Positions 61,264 to 64,000 of a DNA stretch of 64,000 nucleotides are shown here, one piece after another (the stretch's first letter is position 1; each line of letters starts with the position of its first letter). The stretch comes from Oikopleura dioica (taxonomy: Eukaryota; Animalia; Chordata), in the NCBI GenBank assembly GCA_907165135.1, contig OU015566.1, positions 9,920,001-9,984,000 on the forward strand. Reading direction: 5' to 3'. Position numbers and translations under genes: made by a program. The notes under the pieces are model-generated. The model worked only from the letters and a program-made list of their open reading frames with translations, did no database searches and was not told the origin of the DNA.

Positions 61264-61532
61264 CGAACTGCCATATCTCACGTTAGAGATGATGAAATCT
61301 CGTGATTGATACATTTTTAAAAAGCTCAGTTTCTGAGGATTGGGGGAAAGAAAAAACATTTGAAAAAAGTTGATGTTGACTGGCAAAAATAATTATTTCA
61401 AATTTTCGGCCAATCAGAAATGTCGATTTTCCGAAATGATTTTTACGTTCCCCCAATCCTCAGAATCTGAGCTTTCAAAAGATACCTTCATCCCTTGGTT
61501 TCATAAAGTATAACGTGAGCTATGGCTGTTCG
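61264..61532. repeat. Imperfect ~85-bp inverted repeat pair (degenerate MITE/fold-back remnant)
   Basis: cgaactgccatatctcacgtta...aagctcagtttctgaggattggggga (61264-61347) versus tcccccaatcctcagaatctgagct...taacgtgagctatggctgttcg (61449-61532). Confidence 0.7.
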
Positions 61533-63579
61533 AAGGCGAAAAATTTATATTTTTTCCGGCCAATGCGTTAATCCAAGATGCTTCAATCTTTGGCCAAAAA
61601 TGTGGGCATTTTCGATGAAATATTAAGGTTCAACTTTAGTGCTCGTTATTTTCGTTCAAAAAACCAAACACCAACTTCCGAGAAACGCCATGGAACGGCC
61701 TGAAATTGTTGCGTTCGTTATCTCCACCACGGATGTTGGCCAAGGAGCGGCTGACGACATTGACGAGTTCGATTCCGATAACGACCGACAGCTCTATTTC
61801 GTTATCTGCCTCTCAGAAATTTCGGAACGCAATACTTTTTTTTCCTCTTCCCACAAAGAGTCTTCTTAAAAATTTCAATCTGTGGTTGAATTTCTAAAAT
61901 TCCACTTCGTTTTCGCCGAAAAAGAAACTCGCCTAGGACGCACTCGCGGGCTTCCATGATAGAACGCGTGTTGTCGTGTTTTTACACATTGTATGTTTGA
62001 CATGAGAGACGTAGAATGTACTCACAGCTAAAATTAAGGGGGTGAACAACAGTTACGTGTTTGAGAATACGCACACGCGTAATTGACATAAGGTGACATC
62101 TGGTAAGCCGGTTCTGACCCACGTCATAGCAATCTATGCTAGACAGCGAGTTGCCAAGGAAAGTTATGCTACACTACTAATAATATTGCTAGCTCGATAA
62201 AATCGAAATATCCTCGAACTTGAATTTCATGGTTTTTTTTTATTTTTATCAAGCTATCTTATCAATTTTCGCTATCTACTGCAAGACAGATGTTCGCCGG
62301 GGCATAAAATCAGTCATGACTCATGATATAAGAACAGGCGCTTTTCAGACTTCAAATCTCATAAAATGTTTGCTTCTTTTTTGGCTCCGCTTTGACTAGG
62401 CCTACATTGCTTCTGATGATATGATGGTAAAATGAAAATCTTAACCCACCTTTGGAAAGTAATTGTTAAAATAATGAATTTTCTCGACATAGTTTGATAT
62501 TAAATTTATTCCTGCAAATTATTTCGTTTTTTTGGGGTTTCTTTTCAATTAGTGCTGCAAAGAGTGTAGAAAATAATTTTCACAGAGGGGTCAAAATTAG
62601 TGCGTCTGGGAGAAAAAAGTTTAACGAACATTTCTAAAGTGTCAAGAAAACGTTTATCGTGCTGGCGACACGACAGAGCTTGCCAGATGACGACCACTAA
62701 TCCAACAGCACGTGTCATAAGCATGGTTTTATGTTCACTTTTTTTTTTCTTATTTCTTTATTGTTTAGAATCGGCGAGACAGTAAAGGTATCCAGCGTCG
62801 GGGAGCACTCAGTTTCCTCGGAAGAAAAAGTCGTCGTAGTAGTCGTAGTTATCTGAAGATTTGCGTGTTGTGAGAATTTCGGAAAGGTTGTTTGATTAAG
62901 GTGATAGAGGACGTTTATCGTGTCTGTAAAAAAGACCAGCGTAGAATTTACAGATCAGTTCAGAGTAACAAGCTCAAATGCTGGTAGATAAACGAGCTAA
63001 GATAGTAGCCAAGAGTAAATTCTTTTTCTTTCAAATATTGCTTTTCATTTATCATTTCTCATATTGACTTACCGAGGGGAATAGTTTCGATTCTGTCATA
63101 AGTTCGTTTTGCAATTTTTCCCGGCTGAAACGACCTTTCTATTTTGGGGTTTTATTTCGGAGCAAAAGTTCTTTTTCTAAACTTTATTCGAGTTTAAATT
63201 CTATGGCGCGATTGGTACTGTTTCTAGCTAAGGTGATAAACCCGTTCTCGAACATGCGTTGATACAAGCGCTGTCGGGCGATTCCAGACAACGGTTCACT
63301 GAATTAGCCGTGTTATCGGATCACTAACTCACCGTATTGTACTAGTTTTAGACAAGGTGCGACTTTACAAGCGAACGAAGATAATCTCTATCACTAATAA
63401 GAGTCTATTAACTCAACTCCTAAAAGAGGATGAGGGGAGCGAACTTAGTGATAGATAAACAATAGTAAATACTCGTGGGTTCTGGACCATCCCTTATAGG
63501 TAACATCTGGCAGGATCGTGTCTCAGTATGATAATAACAAAGCTGTAGAAATGCAGCGAGTTTACGAGTTATTCAAACC

Positions 63580-63700
63580 TGGCAATGTCACGCTTGGGCC
63601 ATGCGCCGGTGGCTTGTTGAGCGCTGACCACGCTGAAAGGGGATTGCGGATTAAACTCAGTTAGACACTGCGCCAGAGGTGAAAGAGACACCGTGCTCAT
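63580..63700 (-). CDS. Possible first coding exon of an unresolved gene
   Basis: ATG AGC ACG GTG... MSTVSLSPLAQCLTEFNPQSPFSVVSAQQATGAWPKRDIA followed by an AG|GTTTGA donor. Downstream exons were not identified. Confidence 0.3.
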
Positions 63701-64000
63701 TTCAAAACTCCTCGGCAATTGTATAAGCCCATTACCACCGTTGACCAGTGTTCTCTCAATCCCTCGCTCAAAAAATACGAAAAGAAAACGAAACGAAGAG
63801 CTTTTTTGGTAATTCCGCAATCCCATCACAACTCAGCAGGAAGATTTTAATAGCGTTAGCGATAAACATCTTCAATTTTAAATTGAAAATCGCTCCGAAT
63901 CAAACAGTCTAAAGAATGAATACTCAAGCTGTGACACCCTTATTTTTCCTTCCAAAAAGTAAAGAATGGCCTATCAGTTTGGTTGTCATATTAATGGTAA

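Noticed and set aside
59300-63500. Short ORFs (60180-60401, 61005-61274, 61639-61897, 62600-62785)
   Set aside because: No homology cues or coherent exon chain; left unannotated.
1-64000. CRISPR arrays, rRNA, snRNA or autonomous transposase/retroelement ORFs
   Set aside because: None seen: no spacer-repeat arrays, rRNA signatures or RT/DDE transposase motifs.

Overview
Compact, gene-dense eukaryotic genomic DNA with many 30-60 nt introns, several apparent GA-AG/GG-AG/GC-AG introns, and an isolated posterior Hox gene. This combination points to the larvacean tunicate Oikopleura dioica (inferred, not verified). Genes in order: ankyrin-WGR-PARP (tankyrase/pme-5-like) with a degenerate active site; two tandem paralogues built from an unrecognised C-C...H-x-C repeat domain; two ER thioredoxin-fold genes; an inverted tRNA-Cys pair; CCDC13 with a nested antisense carbohydrate sulfotransferase; a posterior Hox gene (Hox12-like); a CLCA-like gene lacking its HExxH zinc ligands; a small orphan gene; an oikosin-like ZP + double carboxylesterase gene; an Ig-domain membrane protein; a trefoil/TSP1/trypsin mosaic protease; a secreted Cys-rich coiled-coil protein; BRPF1; a small secreted Cys-rich protein; and a protein kinase fused to a papain-like Cys-His-Asn protease domain. 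Non-autonomous DNA transposons lie in introns (hAT-like with an 8-bp TSD; Kolobok-like with TTAA TSDs). The strongest candidates for undescribed biology are the kinase-papain fusion and the repeated zinc-domain family. All exon structures were inferred by hand from splice signals, frame and homology, without transcript data.
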